From a virus (Duplodnaviria; Caudoviricetes): 64,000 bases of DNA. The translations under genes were made by a program, and so were the position numbers. The notes below the pieces were generated by a model. That model had not been told where the DNA came from, ran no database searches, and saw nothing but the letters and a program-made list of their open reading frames with translations. The stretch lies in the IMG/VR virus record IMGVR_UViG_3300012038_000181, positions 1 to 64,000 of that record. The stretch is one strand, 5' to 3'. The stretch's first letter is position 1. The number at the start of each line of letters is the position of its first letter. Of this stretch, positions 1-8,698 are shown piece after piece.

Positions 1-210
1 ACGGCGACTAAATCAGAGCGAGTGAGTGCGTTGAATACCGCATCAGGAACTTACCTGACGACTTCAGGGCAAAACGGTCAAGTGTTGATGAAGGGAATTA
101 TTACCACGGGAGTCAACGCCGGAAATTTCACAGTAAAACACTTGAAGGTTACTAGTGGAACATCAACGGTACGCATCAACAGTTTCTTAAAGGTGACAAG
201 AATCAGTTAA
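1..210 (+). CDS. C-terminal part of a probable tail/virion structural protein (truncated by window start)
   Basis: Frame open from base 1 to TAA at 208-210; Thr/Ser/Gly beta-rich tail ending ...STVRINSFLKVTRIS, typical of phage fibre C-terminal domains. Confidence 0.55.
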   Translation, partial: TATKSERVSALNTASGTYLTTSGQNGQVLMKGIITTGVNAGNFTVKHLKVTSGTSTVRINSFLKVTRIS

Positions 211-213
211 TTT

Positions 214-3200
214 ATGAAGCCACGTTACAGTATTGTAATTCCGACGCACAAACACCTCACCGACGCGCTTATTCCCTGCCTCCAAAGTATCCAAAAATAC
301 ACTGACCTTTCTGACTGCGAAGTTTTGGTAATCGCAAACGGCTGTGGCAACGACTTCACGCGGGAGTTCGTGCAGACGCTAGGCGCTCCCTTCAAACTCA
401 TCTGGATAGATGAGCAAAGCGGATATACAAAATCCGTGAATGCAGGGATACGAGCAGCACAAGGCGAATACATTCTCTTGCTGAACAACGACTGTCAGAT
501 ACTTGATAGTCCCCGCAACGAGTGGTTGGAAACTTTAGTTGCGCCGATGGCTGACCCGCAAATAGGGATGGTCGGGATTCACGAACTTTGGAGCGCAGAA
601 ATCAACTCCAACTTCATCGTGTTTTACTGTGCGCTCATCCGTCGCTCAGTGTTTGAGAACATTGGCTTACCGAATGAAATCTTCAGCCCAGGTTTCGGTG
701 AGGACATTGATTTCTGTGCGCGGCTGATGAGAGCAGGGTACAGATACGCTAATGTTGATCCGACTGCTAACCAAGCAGGAGAGTTGTGTATTGGTACTTT
801 CCCTTTGTATCACGCGGGCGGCAAGACATTTCACGACTCAGCACATGACGCGGGTTACAAAGCGATAGTGGAGCGCAACTTGAAGATTTTGCACAATCGG
901 TATCAGCCCGTGAAGATGTTGGCTGTCTTGGTCAACTTCGGAGTTGAGGGCTTGAACCATTTATATCAAACCATCGACAGCCTCAAGAGTTTTGATTCTC
1001 GCTACACGGTGGACATAGTTGTCCATTCCAACGTGGCTGTTGGCAGAGATGACATACGAGAAGTTATTCATTCAGAAGCACCGTGGGGTGATTGGCTCAA
1101 CTTACCGTGGAAGTGTCGAGAAACACTTCATCAGGAACGCGAGAACTATGACCTCTATCTTTATGCCGAACACGATCATCTGTTCACGCAACGAAACATA
1201 GATGCGTTTCTGGAAATAACTCCCTTCTTGTCAGACGCTCAAATTGCGGGATTTATCGAGTGGGAAAATGCCCCTCATGGAGAGCGATTCTATCCCGCAT
1301 GGCACGCTGATTATGGATGGGGCGAGTCATTCACGAACGACGCAGGGACATTTGCCAAGTTTACCAATCTACATCAAGGCAGTTTCTTAGCGACTCGCAG
1401 ACAACTAGCGCGGGCTATCGCAGTAGGTAAGGAAGCGTTTCTTGACCCGCAGCGACGTTTGTTTTCGAGTCCCTATGGCATCCGTGAACGGTGTAACACT
1501 GACTTCTACGATACGGGTTTCAAGAAGGTGATTCCGGTTTCTCGCTTTGAGGACTTTCTGATTCACCATCTGAGCGATCACTACTATGGCGTGTACGGTA
1601 CGAAATGCGACTCGGAGATGAACAAGGCATTAGCAGAACTAACTGAGCGTCCCGAAGTCTCCATCATCATTCCTACCTACAATCATTGTGACGATCTGCT
1701 CCGTCCGTGCTTAGAGAGTTTGCGAGTTAATACCGACTTGGCGAAGACGGAAATCTTGGTTGTTTCAAATGGCTGTACCGATGGAACAGATGCTTACGTT
1801 AAATCGTTGGGGCATCCATTCAAACTCATTAGCCACAGGGCGCAACTCGGTTTCACGAAGGCGACAAACATCGGCTTACGCGCAGCCCGTGGGAAGTATC
1901 TTGTCTTACTGAACAACGACACCATCATTCAAGGTAGTGATTGGATTGACTTGATGAAGGCTCCCTTCCTTGCACGGCATGGAGTAGGGGCTTCAGGGCC
2001 AATGAAGTTTATTGGAAAACCTGACAAGTCCAACGACTTCATAATGATGTTTTGCATGATGACGACAAGGGCTGTTGTGGATGACATTGGCGCGTTGGAC
2101 GAACAGTTTGCCCCTGGTGGCGTCGAAGACGTGGACTACGGACTTCGACTCTTGTTGGCAGGGTATGAGTTAGTCCAAGTACCGGAAAATCACGCAGTAG
2201 CGTTTGAGCCTGATTTATCCACGGGAGCCTTCCCAATCTTCCACAGTGGCAATGCTACCTATCGAGATGAACAAGGATGGCACGCGAACTTGATTCGCAA
2301 CAATGGGCGGCTCAAAGCGAAGTTCCCTGAGTACTTCAAAGGCTTAACGTGGATTGAAGAAATGGCGGTGAGTGAACCACAACCGCTCGACTTTGCGATG
2401 CTCCATGAGCACATGAAAGAAGCAGATAGTTGGCTGCATTGGGAAATGTTTGAGGTAGATGTTAATCAGGCCAAGCGGGAGGAATTAGCAGGCAAGACGG
2501 TAATCGACATTGGGGCCAACAAAGGCTTCTTTGCTATTCACGCTTTGGAGTTGGGAGCCAAAGAAGTTTATTGCTTTGAGCCAGTTCACGAAATCTACGA
2601 ACAGCAACTTGAACTCGTGGGTGACATCCCGCAAGTTCATTCCTTTAATCTGGCAGTCTTGGATGGTTCGGTGTCAGAAGTCCACATGCACGAAGCAGGG
2701 GTGGTGTCGAACATCTGGGGCGACCCAACTACTTCTCCAACTCCATGCGTTTCGCTGGTCACAGCGTTGAGTCGAGTGCCTGATCATTCCAACATGGTCT
2801 TGAAGATTGACTGTGAAGGCTCAGAGTTTGAAATCCTGTTTCATACCCCTGCCAACGTGATTCGGCAGTTTTCAACTATCTACGTTGAGATGCACGATGA
2901 AATGAATCCCAACTTTCAACACAAGACTCCTGAGTTGTTGAGTTATCTACGCTCATTGGGATTCACAAGTGAGCAAGGGCCACAAGCGGCTACTTGGTTG
3001 TCTGATGGTTCATCCGAAGATTCCCCCGTGCGTATCTACAAGCTGCGCCGACATGAACAGCCCCGTGTGACGGTAATCATCCCTACCTATCAACGGTATG
3101 GACTGCTGCGGGAAGCCTTGAATTCCGTGCGCGAGCAGACTTATCGAAACATCTGTGCGCTTGTGGTGGCTGATGGGCCTGACGTGGAAGTGGAACAGAT

Positions 3201-5595
3201 CGTCGCGGAGTATCAAGCGCAGAGTTCAGATATTACCTACGCCTACGCAGATGTTCCGCACGAAGGATTTATCAGTGCGCGTTCCAAGATGCACGGGATT
3301 GATTTGCTACCTCTACATGGCTACGTGTGCTTTCTCGATGATGACAACGTGTTGCTACCTCAGTATGTCGAGAAAATGGTTGGGGTGATCGTGCCCGATG
3401 AGAAAGAAGTAGCGATTGGGCAGGTTCAACTCCAGCGCGTTATCGACGGGGAGTACATGATTAAGACCGCTCCTCCCGATGCAAACTCGTTAGGGTTCTC
3501 AGATATTGACGCGCTGAACATTTTAGTAAAGAACGACATTGCTCGATTGTGTCGTGATGAATGGCACCAAGACAGAGACAAAGCAATCGACCATGACTTC
3601 CGCTTTATTCAGAAGTGCCTGACACATACGGGCTATGGATTCGTGCCTGAAGTAGTCGCCTTCCATCGGGACATGACTCGTGAGACTGCCAAAGTCTTTG
3701 ATTGCTTTCCCTTCTTTAATGAGTTGGACTTGTTGGAGATGAGGTTGAGTGAACTCGACAGCGTGGTGGATTACTTCGTTATCGTGGAAGCAAATCTGAC
3801 CCACAGTGGACAGCCAAAACCGTTGTACTTAGCGGAGAATATGGATCGGTTCAAGAAGTGGGAAAAGAAGATTGTGATTCAGGTAGTTGACTTGAGCACG
3901 ATAGAGTTTGCCAACTTTGACTTTGACCCTTGTTGGGTGCGTGAACATCTACAGCGAGATTCAGGGCGTGACGTTGTTAATCGGATGGCTAAGAAGGGAG
4001 ACTTCTGCATCGTCTCAGATGTAGATGAGATTCCCCGCGCTTCAGCGATACAAGAGTACATCGTGAGCGGGCAGTACGAAGTCGGGGTGTTGGCGCTCGA
4101 AAGATTCATGTACGCCCTAAACTATCGGAATGTGACCACCGATGAGCCACAGTTGAATGCCAAGATTATTCCTACGGATAAATTGCATGATCACAATCTG
4201 AATGACGTGCGCTTTGCGGATAAGGAAAGTATTTTCCCGACTCGTCGCATTGAGAACGGTGGGTGGCATTTTACTTTTCAAAATGGTTTAGACCAAGTGA
4301 TTGAAAAGGTGAAAGCGTTCGCACATCAGGAATATGCCGCACCGGAGAAGATAGACCACGAGCGCATGGAGATGCTGTTTCGTGAAGGCAAGGACGTGTA
4401 CTCCGCGAACACGACTTGGGAAACGGTTGAGATAGACGAAACATTTCCGCAGTACGTGAGAGAGCATGAAGATGAACTGCGGGCAAAGGGTTGGATTAAA
4501 CCGCGTGAGACGGGAACAGTAATTAAGCTAGAGGATTGGAAGCAGTCTCGCTTGACCGTTACGGCAGAAATCAGCACCAAAGATCGTTACCAAACCACGT
4601 TGCCGCTAACTATTAGCGCGATCATTAATCAAACTCACAAGCCTGAGAAACTAAAAATCTACGATGATGGCGAGCAAGCGAATCTCTTTGAACTTGCACC
4701 CTTCAGTGGTCTATTGCAGATGGCGATAGATAAAGGCATTGAAGTGGAAGTCTTGACCACGCCGCGCAAGGGCCAAGTAACTAATCATCAGCACTGCTTG
4801 GAAGTTGCCACGACAGATGTGATTTGGCGATGCGACGATGACAATATTCCTGAACCTGATTGCCTACACAATCTGCTTGCGGAAATGAAAGAGGGGGTAG
4901 GAGCTGTGGGAGGGCTGGTTCACCATCCAGGCGGTATTAGCCCATTACCCAAAGGCGTTGATGGCTCGTTAAATGATTTAGCGATGGGATTAAATATTGC
5001 GTGGTTTGATTGGAACAGCGGCCCGAAAGAGTGCGAGCACTTGTACTCGACATTTGCGTATAGAGTTTCATCAGCAAGGGAAGTTGGTGGCTATCCTCTT
5101 GATTTAAGCCCTTGCGGACACCGTGAGGAAAGCTGGCTCACTCATAAAATCCATCGAGCAGGGTACAAGGTAATTTGTACGCCCTACGCTCGTACCGCTC
5201 ACTTGAGAGAAGCAACGGGCGGCATCCGTACTTATACTGACCCCGCAATGTGGGAGCATGATGAGGGCTTGTTTCAAGCGTATCTACGAGCCATTGGGAA
5301 GGTAAGCCCGAAATCCAAAATGATGATTCTGGACATGGGCTTGGGTGATCATCTTGTGGCAAAGGCCGTGTTATCAGAGATTCGGAAACGCAACAACAAT
5401 CAACATCTCGTTATGGCGGTTTGTTTCCCAAGCGTGTTTGAAGAAGAACCCAACGTGACGTTGATTTCCATTGCGGACGCTAAGGCAATCGTGGGCCACG
5501 GCTACCAGAAACATAGTCTGTATGCTTGGATGTGGGATAATAATTGGGACGCACCGTTGGCTGACGCGATGGTGAAATTTTGGGGTGGTCAATGA
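214..5595 (+). CDS. Giant multi-domain glycosyltransferase: GT2 + unknown GT-A-like + GT2 + FkbM methyltransferase + GT2 + GT17-like + GT2 + GT9 N-half
   Basis: SIVIPT/LLLNND, SIIIPTYN/VLLNND, VIDIGANKG..LKIDCEGSE (FkbM), VIIPTY/FLDDDN, FDCFPFFNELDLLEMRL..DYFVIVE..THSG (GT17), WRCDDD, MGLGDHL motifs in order. Confidence 0.92.
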   Translation: MKPRYSIVIPTHKHLTDALIPCLQSIQKYTDLSDCEVLVIANGCGNDFTREFVQTLGAPFKLIWIDEQSGYTKSVNAGIRAAQGEYILLLNNDCQILDSPRNEWLETLVAPMADPQIGMVGIHELWSAEINSNFIVFYCALIRRSVFENIGLPNEIFSPGFGEDIDFCARLMRAGYRYANVDPTANQAGELCIGTFPLYHAGGKTFHDSAHDAGYKAIVERNLKILHNRYQPVKMLAVLVNFGVEGLNHLYQTIDSLKSFDSRYTVDIVVHSNVAVGRDDIREVIHSEAPWGDWLNLPWKCRETLHQERENYDLYLYAEHDHLFTQRNIDAFLEITPFLSDAQIAGFIEWENAPHGERFYPAWHADYGWGESFTNDAGTFAKFTNLHQGSFLATRRQLARAIAVGKEAFLDPQRRLFSSPYGIRERCNTDFYDTGFKKVIPVSRFEDFLIHHLSDHYYGVYGTKCDSEMNKALAELTERPEVSIIIPTYNHCDDLLRPCLESLRVNTDLAKTEILVVSNGCTDGTDAYVKSLGHPFKLISHRAQLGFTKATNIGLRAARGKYLVLLNNDTIIQGSDWIDLMKAPFLARHGVGASGPMKFIGKPDKSNDFIMMFCMMTTRAVVDDIGALDEQFAPGGVEDVDYGLRLLLAGYELVQVPENHAVAFEPDLSTGAFPIFHSGNATYRDEQGWHANLIRNNGRLKAKFPEYFKGLTWIEEMAVSEPQPLDFAMLHEHMKEADSWLHWEMFEVDVNQAKREELAGKTVIDIGANKGFFAIHALELGAKEVYCFEPVHEIYEQQLELVGDIPQVHSFNLAVLDGSVSEVHMHEAGVVSNIWGDPTTSPTPCVSLVTALSRVPDHSNMVLKIDCEGSEFEILFHTPANVIRQFSTIYVEMHDEMNPNFQHKTPELLSYLRSLGFTSEQGPQAATWLSDGSSEDSPVRIYKLRRHEQPRVTVIIPTYQRYGLLREALNSVREQTYRNICALVVADGPDVEVEQIVAEYQAQSSDITYAYADVPHEGFISARSKMHGIDLLPLHGYVCFLDDDNVLLPQYVEKMVGVIVPDEKEVAIGQVQLQRVIDGEYMIKTAPPDANSLGFSDIDALNILVKNDIARLCRDEWHQDRDKAIDHDFRFIQKCLTHTGYGFVPEVVAFHRDMTRETAKVFDCFPFFNELDLLEMRLSELDSVVDYFVIVEANLTHSGQPKPLYLAENMDRFKKWEKKIVIQVVDLSTIEFANFDFDPCWVREHLQRDSGRDVVNRMAKKGDFCIVSDVDEIPRASAIQEYIVSGQYEVGVLALERFMYALNYRNVTTDEPQLNAKIIPTDKLHDHNLNDVRFADKESIFPTRRIENGGWHFTFQNGLDQVIEKVKAFAHQEYAAPEKIDHERMEMLFREGKDVYSANTTWETVEIDETFPQYVREHEDELRAKGWIKPRETGTVIKLEDWKQSRLTVTAEISTKDRYQTTLPLTISAIINQTHKPEKLKIYDDGEQANLFELAPFSGLLQMAIDKGIEVEVLTTPRKGQVTNHQHCLEVATTDVIWRCDDDNIPEPDCLHNLLAEMKEGVGAVGGLVHHPGGISPLPKGVDGSLNDLAMGLNIAWFDWNSGPKECEHLYSTFAYRVSSAREVGGYPLDLSPCGHREESWLTHKIHRAGYKVICTPYARTAHLREATGGIRTYTDPAMWEHDEGLFQAYLRAIGKVSPKSKMMILDMGLGDHLVAKAVLSEIRKRNNNQHLVMAVCFPSVFEEEPNVTLISIADAKAIVGHGYQKHSLYAWMWDNNWDAPLADAMVKFWGGQ

Positions 5596-6077
5596 GGGTT
5601 TTAATTAGTCCATACGCCGCGAGACTCCCAAACGGCAAGCTCAATCCCAAGAATTTCCCGCATTGGGCTGAGTTGGTCAAGATGCTCAATGCCAATGGTC
5701 ATCACGTGATTCAAATCGGCGTCAAAGGTGAACCTCGAATAGATGGGGTGGCTGAATTTCTTCAAGACATACCGTTAAAAGATTTGGTGAATGTTATTAA
5801 CGGTATTGACGTGTGGTGTTCTGTAGATAGTTTTCTTCCCCATTTCTGCGCGACTAATCATCTCAAGTCGGGCGTCGTAATTTGGTCGCAGGCTTCGCCT
5901 AAAATTTGGGGCTACCCGCACAACACCAATCTCTTAAAAGACGAGTCCTACTTGCGAGAGTGGCAGTACGCTCCTTGGTGGGATTGTGAATACAACGAAG
6001 ATGCCTTTGTTGAACCTCAAGTAGTAATGGATGCACTGCATGGCCGACTTACTTTTAATGCGACCGCTAAATCCTGA
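5592..6077 (+). CDS. GT9 (heptosyltransferase-like) C-terminal domain protein
   Basis: ATGA overlap with previous stop; ISPYA..NPKNFPHWAELVKML..HVIQIG, SVDSFLPH motifs of the GT-B second Rossmann domain. Confidence 0.78.
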   Translation: MRVLISPYAARLPNGKLNPKNFPHWAELVKMLNANGHHVIQIGVKGEPRIDGVAEFLQDIPLKDLVNVINGIDVWCSVDSFLPHFCATNHLKSGVVIWSQASPKIWGYPHNTNLLKDESYLREWQYAPWWDCEYNEDAFVEPQVVMDALHGRLTFNATAKS

Positions 6078-6522
6078 AACCGAACAAGACCTCTTTCGGC
6101 AGGCGTTTTCGTGGCGGGCGAAACAGAAAACACACACTCAAGGTGAGCGCATGGCCTTTGAGGAGTTTGCCGCCACCGATCCGACACAGATAGTGATGGG
6201 ATTGTTCAACGGGGACTTGCAAGCGGTCTATTTGATTAAGGAGTGGGCACCCGCGCACTACGAAACTCATTTTACCTCAAGCCGAAATGCGCCACGGGAG
6301 AGCGTGGTAGCTGGCGCAAAAAGAATCTTGCTGTGGTTAATGGAGAACGGAGCCGAGGAAGTAAGTGCTTTTGTGCGCCCAAGGAACACTCCAGTGTGTC
6401 GTTTTGTCGAGGAAGTAGGTTTTAAGCGTGAGAGTTTGTGTCTTTTTGGTAGACAAGAAGATTTAGATACATGTAGTATGCCCAACAAGTTTGTGAAGTA
6501 CGTTTGTAGCAAAGGCAACTAG
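6058..6522 (+). CDS. GNAT-fold protein, T7 gp13-like virion-associated acetyltransferase candidate
   Basis: YETHF..VSAFVRPRNTPVCRFVEEVGFKRE resembles the GNAT C-terminal motif; sits before an ejection-like gene as in podoviruses. Confidence 0.5.
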   Translation: MRPLNPETEQDLFRQAFSWRAKQKTHTQGERMAFEEFAATDPTQIVMGLFNGDLQAVYLIKEWAPAHYETHFTSSRNAPRESVVAGAKRILLWLMENGAEEVSAFVRPRNTPVCRFVEEVGFKRESLCLFGRQEDLDTCSMPNKFVKYVCSKGN

Positions 6523-6533
6523 CCAACGGAGTT

Positions 6534-7013
6534 ATGGGCCTCTCAGACCAAAAACAAGAGTCAAAAGGGAAAACCGCTACCACGTCCACCGCTCAATACG
6601 GGTGGAAAGCACCACCGACCACGGCCTCATTAGATAAACTCCGTACTCAACAGTTTGAAATCGATCCAGGCATCGCAGCTCAATACGGGCAAGCACGCCA
6701 TGAACTAGAGCACAGTTTTAACCAACCTGCGGGCGCATATCTGCCCAAGCAAGTTCAGCAACAACAACTTCAGTCCGGCAAAGAGCGATTAGGTCGAGAC
6801 GAAGCCCAAGCTATGCGCCAAGGCCAATATGACGTTAATAAACTGAATTATAGTCGTGACCTTGCGGTTGCGGGCATGGATGCCCCGACCTTGACCCAAG
6901 ACCGCAGTGACTCTAGCGGCACATCGTCGGGCACGGTAGTACAGAGCGAATCCCCATTCAGGGTGGGCGCACAAATCGCGGGACAAGTAGCACCATTCGC
7001 AGCCAGTCTTTAG
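6534..7013 (+). CDS. Probable small internal virion (ejection/pilot) protein
   Basis: MG-S/K/T-rich N-terminus, Q/A-rich helical body, amphipathic C-terminus; follows the GNAT gene. Confidence 0.45.
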   Translation: MGLSDQKQESKGKTATTSTAQYGWKAPPTTASLDKLRTQQFEIDPGIAAQYGQARHELEHSFNQPAGAYLPKQVQQQQLQSGKERLGRDEAQAMRQGQYDVNKLNYSRDLAVAGMDAPTLTQDRSDSSGTSSGTVVQSESPFRVGAQIAGQVAPFAASL

Positions 7014-7023
7014 GAGACTCTTA

Positions 7024-7545
7024 ATGTCACCACCAATTAACAGCGCATACGCAACCCAACAGTTTAAGACTGATTCATACACAATCACCGTATCAGACGA
7101 TATTGTGCGGTTCACGCTGGCTGCTCCCGCGACTGCTACGCTGCCCTTTTCTCGCAACTGTTCGATAGTTTCAGGGCAGAACCAAAAGATTATTGCTAAC
7201 GGTGATTCAGGTGGTAATGACCTGACAATCGCGGTGGGTGCGGGCGACACGCTCATTGGAGAAACAACCTTGAGCGCGGGCGAGACAGCCTTTATTACTG
7301 GCGATGGAGTCTTGGTCTGGAATTCCATTGGCGCATCGGGCGTCACGGGAAATTCAGGTTACTCAGGCTACTCAGCATACTCAGGATATTCAGGTAAGAG
7401 TGGATTTAGTGGCATCTCTGGATTCTCTGGCTTCAGCGGCATCAGTGGCGCGAGCGGCAAGAGTGGATTCAGCGGTTACACCGGAATCTCTGGATTCAGC
7501 GGTTACTCAGGCACTACTGGTTACTCAGGTTATTCCAAAGCCTAG
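7024..7545 (+). CDS. Virion fibre/decoration protein with Gly-X-Ser repeat tail
   Basis: RBS AGGAG; KTDSYTIT..ATLP beta domain followed by ~23 G-X-S triplets. Confidence 0.7.
   Translation: MSPPINSAYATQQFKTDSYTITVSDDIVRFTLAAPATATLPFSRNCSIVSGQNQKIIANGDSGGNDLTIAVGAGDTLIGETTLSAGETAFITGDGVLVWNSIGASGVTGNSGYSGYSAYSGYSGKSGFSGISGFSGFSGISGASGKSGFSGYTGISGFSGYSGTTGYSGYSKA
7330..7539 (+). repeat. (Gly-X-Ser)n coding repeat, X mostly Y/F/I
   Basis: GYS/GFS/GIS triplets with varied codons. Confidence 0.85.
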
Positions 7546-8031
7546 AGGAGAGATTAAAACAATTTGACTTCGCTTCAAATCACGCCTTACTTGTTCACAT
7601 GCGCGACACGTTCGCCCCTCGCGTCCGTTTGTGTTGATGAAACGGATATTTTCAGGGGTAAACTCGTGACCTCTAAGACAGTGGGTTTTTCGAGCGTTCC
7701 GCGCCGTAGGGCCATTACCTCGCAGGACATTGGTGTGATTCGAAGCGGGCTCAAGGTGTGCCGGATTGACGCAATTGCGTATGCGACACAGGTGATCAAT
7801 CGTTTCGTCCGGTATTTCTCCAACGAAAAACAAATAAGCCAATCGGTGAGCACGTTGTGGAGCACCTTTATAGAGCAATCGAGCGTAACCTTTGAGCTTA
7901 CATCGGGAACCAGTCCAAAGCCAACACTGGCTTGTTCCGTACCACATGTCAGGATGCAAATAGACTTTTGCGAAAAAGCGGGTGAGTATCGCGGTATTTA
8001 CGGGAAGTCTGTTAGAATTATCTGGAATCAT
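7525..8031 (-). CDS. Free-standing HNH homing endonuclease (HNH_3 type with KTHCxRGH Zn module)
   Basis: CWLWTG..RAHRLAY..IDHLCRIRNCVNPAHL..KTHCLRGHEFTPEN; RBS GGAG; antisense in the late operon. Confidence 0.9.
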   Translation of the reverse strand: MIPDNSNRLPVNTAILTRFFAKVYLHPDMWYGTSQCWLWTGSRCKLKGYARLLYKGAPQRAHRLAYLFFVGEIPDETIDHLCRIRNCVNPAHLEPASNHTNVLRGNGPTARNARKTHCLRGHEFTPENIRFINTNGREGRTCRACEQVRRDLKRSQIVLISPLGFGIT

Positions 8032-8096
8032 CTGAGTCTCCGATACAGATTCAGTGGTCTAGGGTTTCGTGGTCTAGTTCACCGCGAAGCCCTTTC

Positions 8097-8107
8097 ATTT
8101 TAGCACA
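8097..8107 (-). promoter_or_regulatory. Extended -10 promoter (TGTGcTAAAAT) for HNH 7525-8031
   Basis: Reverse complement of ATTTTAGCACA; near-identical element precedes HNH 9050-9688. Confidence 0.6.
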
Positions 8108-8119
8108 AAGAGGAACACT

Positions 8120-8635
8120 ATGCCTCCAATTAATTCGATATACGCCAAGTATGTCACCAAGACAGACAATTACACGCTCACCTTCTCCGACGATGTGGCG
8201 ACTTTTACCATTGCGACCGCAAAGACCGCCACGTTGCCAAAAGCGGGAACGTGTACGGTGATGTCGGGTCAAAACCAGAAGCAGATTATTAACTCTGCGA
8301 ACTCCAGCGACACGCTCACGATAGCAGTACAGAGCGGGGATACGTTGGTTGGTATCGGCTCGCTGGCGGTAGGTCAGGAAACCATTGTTACGTCCAACGG
8401 CACATCTACTTGGACAGGCTTTGGCGGCGGTGGTGCAGCGGGCACATCGGGCTATTCAGGGCCAAGTGGATTCAGCGGCTACAGTGGGCCTTCCGGCTTC
8501 AGTGGCTACACGGGTGTTAGCGGATTCTCCGGTTACACGGGAGTCAGCGGATTCTCTGGCTACAGTGGAGCGAGCGGCTTCAGTGGCTACTCTGGATACT
8601 CTGGCAAGTCTGGATTCTCTGGATTCAGTGCGTAG
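8120..8635 (+). CDS. Paralog of 7024-7545 with Gly-X-Ser repeat tail
   Basis: MPPINSIYA..KTDNYTLT..ATLP..SGQNQK matches 7024 protein; ~21 G-X-S triplets. Confidence 0.75.
   Translation: MPPINSIYAKYVTKTDNYTLTFSDDVATFTIATAKTATLPKAGTCTVMSGQNQKQIINSANSSDTLTIAVQSGDTLVGIGSLAVGQETIVTSNGTSTWTGFGGGGAAGTSGYSGPSGFSGYSGPSGFSGYTGVSGFSGYTGVSGFSGYSGASGFSGYSGYSGKSGFSGFSA
8444..8630 (+). repeat. (Gly-X-Ser)n coding repeat
   Basis: GYS GPS GFS GYT GVS periodicity. Confidence 0.85.
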
Positions 8636-8698
8636 AGCGGTGAACGCGGGGTGGTTTCACACACTGCCACCCCGCACTAATACTCGGAGGTCACTCCT

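Noticed and set aside
6789-7346. 185-aa antisense ORF (also 44053-44655, 46601-47170, 49175-49774, 60832-61305)
   Set aside because: Shadows of real + strand genes with no RBS or recognisable motifs; kept only as background for the HNH-spanning ORF claim
7545-7570. Possible start remnant at the left edge of the first HNH
   Set aside because: A GAGGAG RBS is present but there is no convincing duplicate of the MPPINS start, so 5' regeneration is not claimed for this copy
8646-8673. GC hairpin GCGGGGTGG/CCACCCCGC as a terminator
   Set aside because: No U-tract; more likely an mRNA-stabilising or processing hairpin
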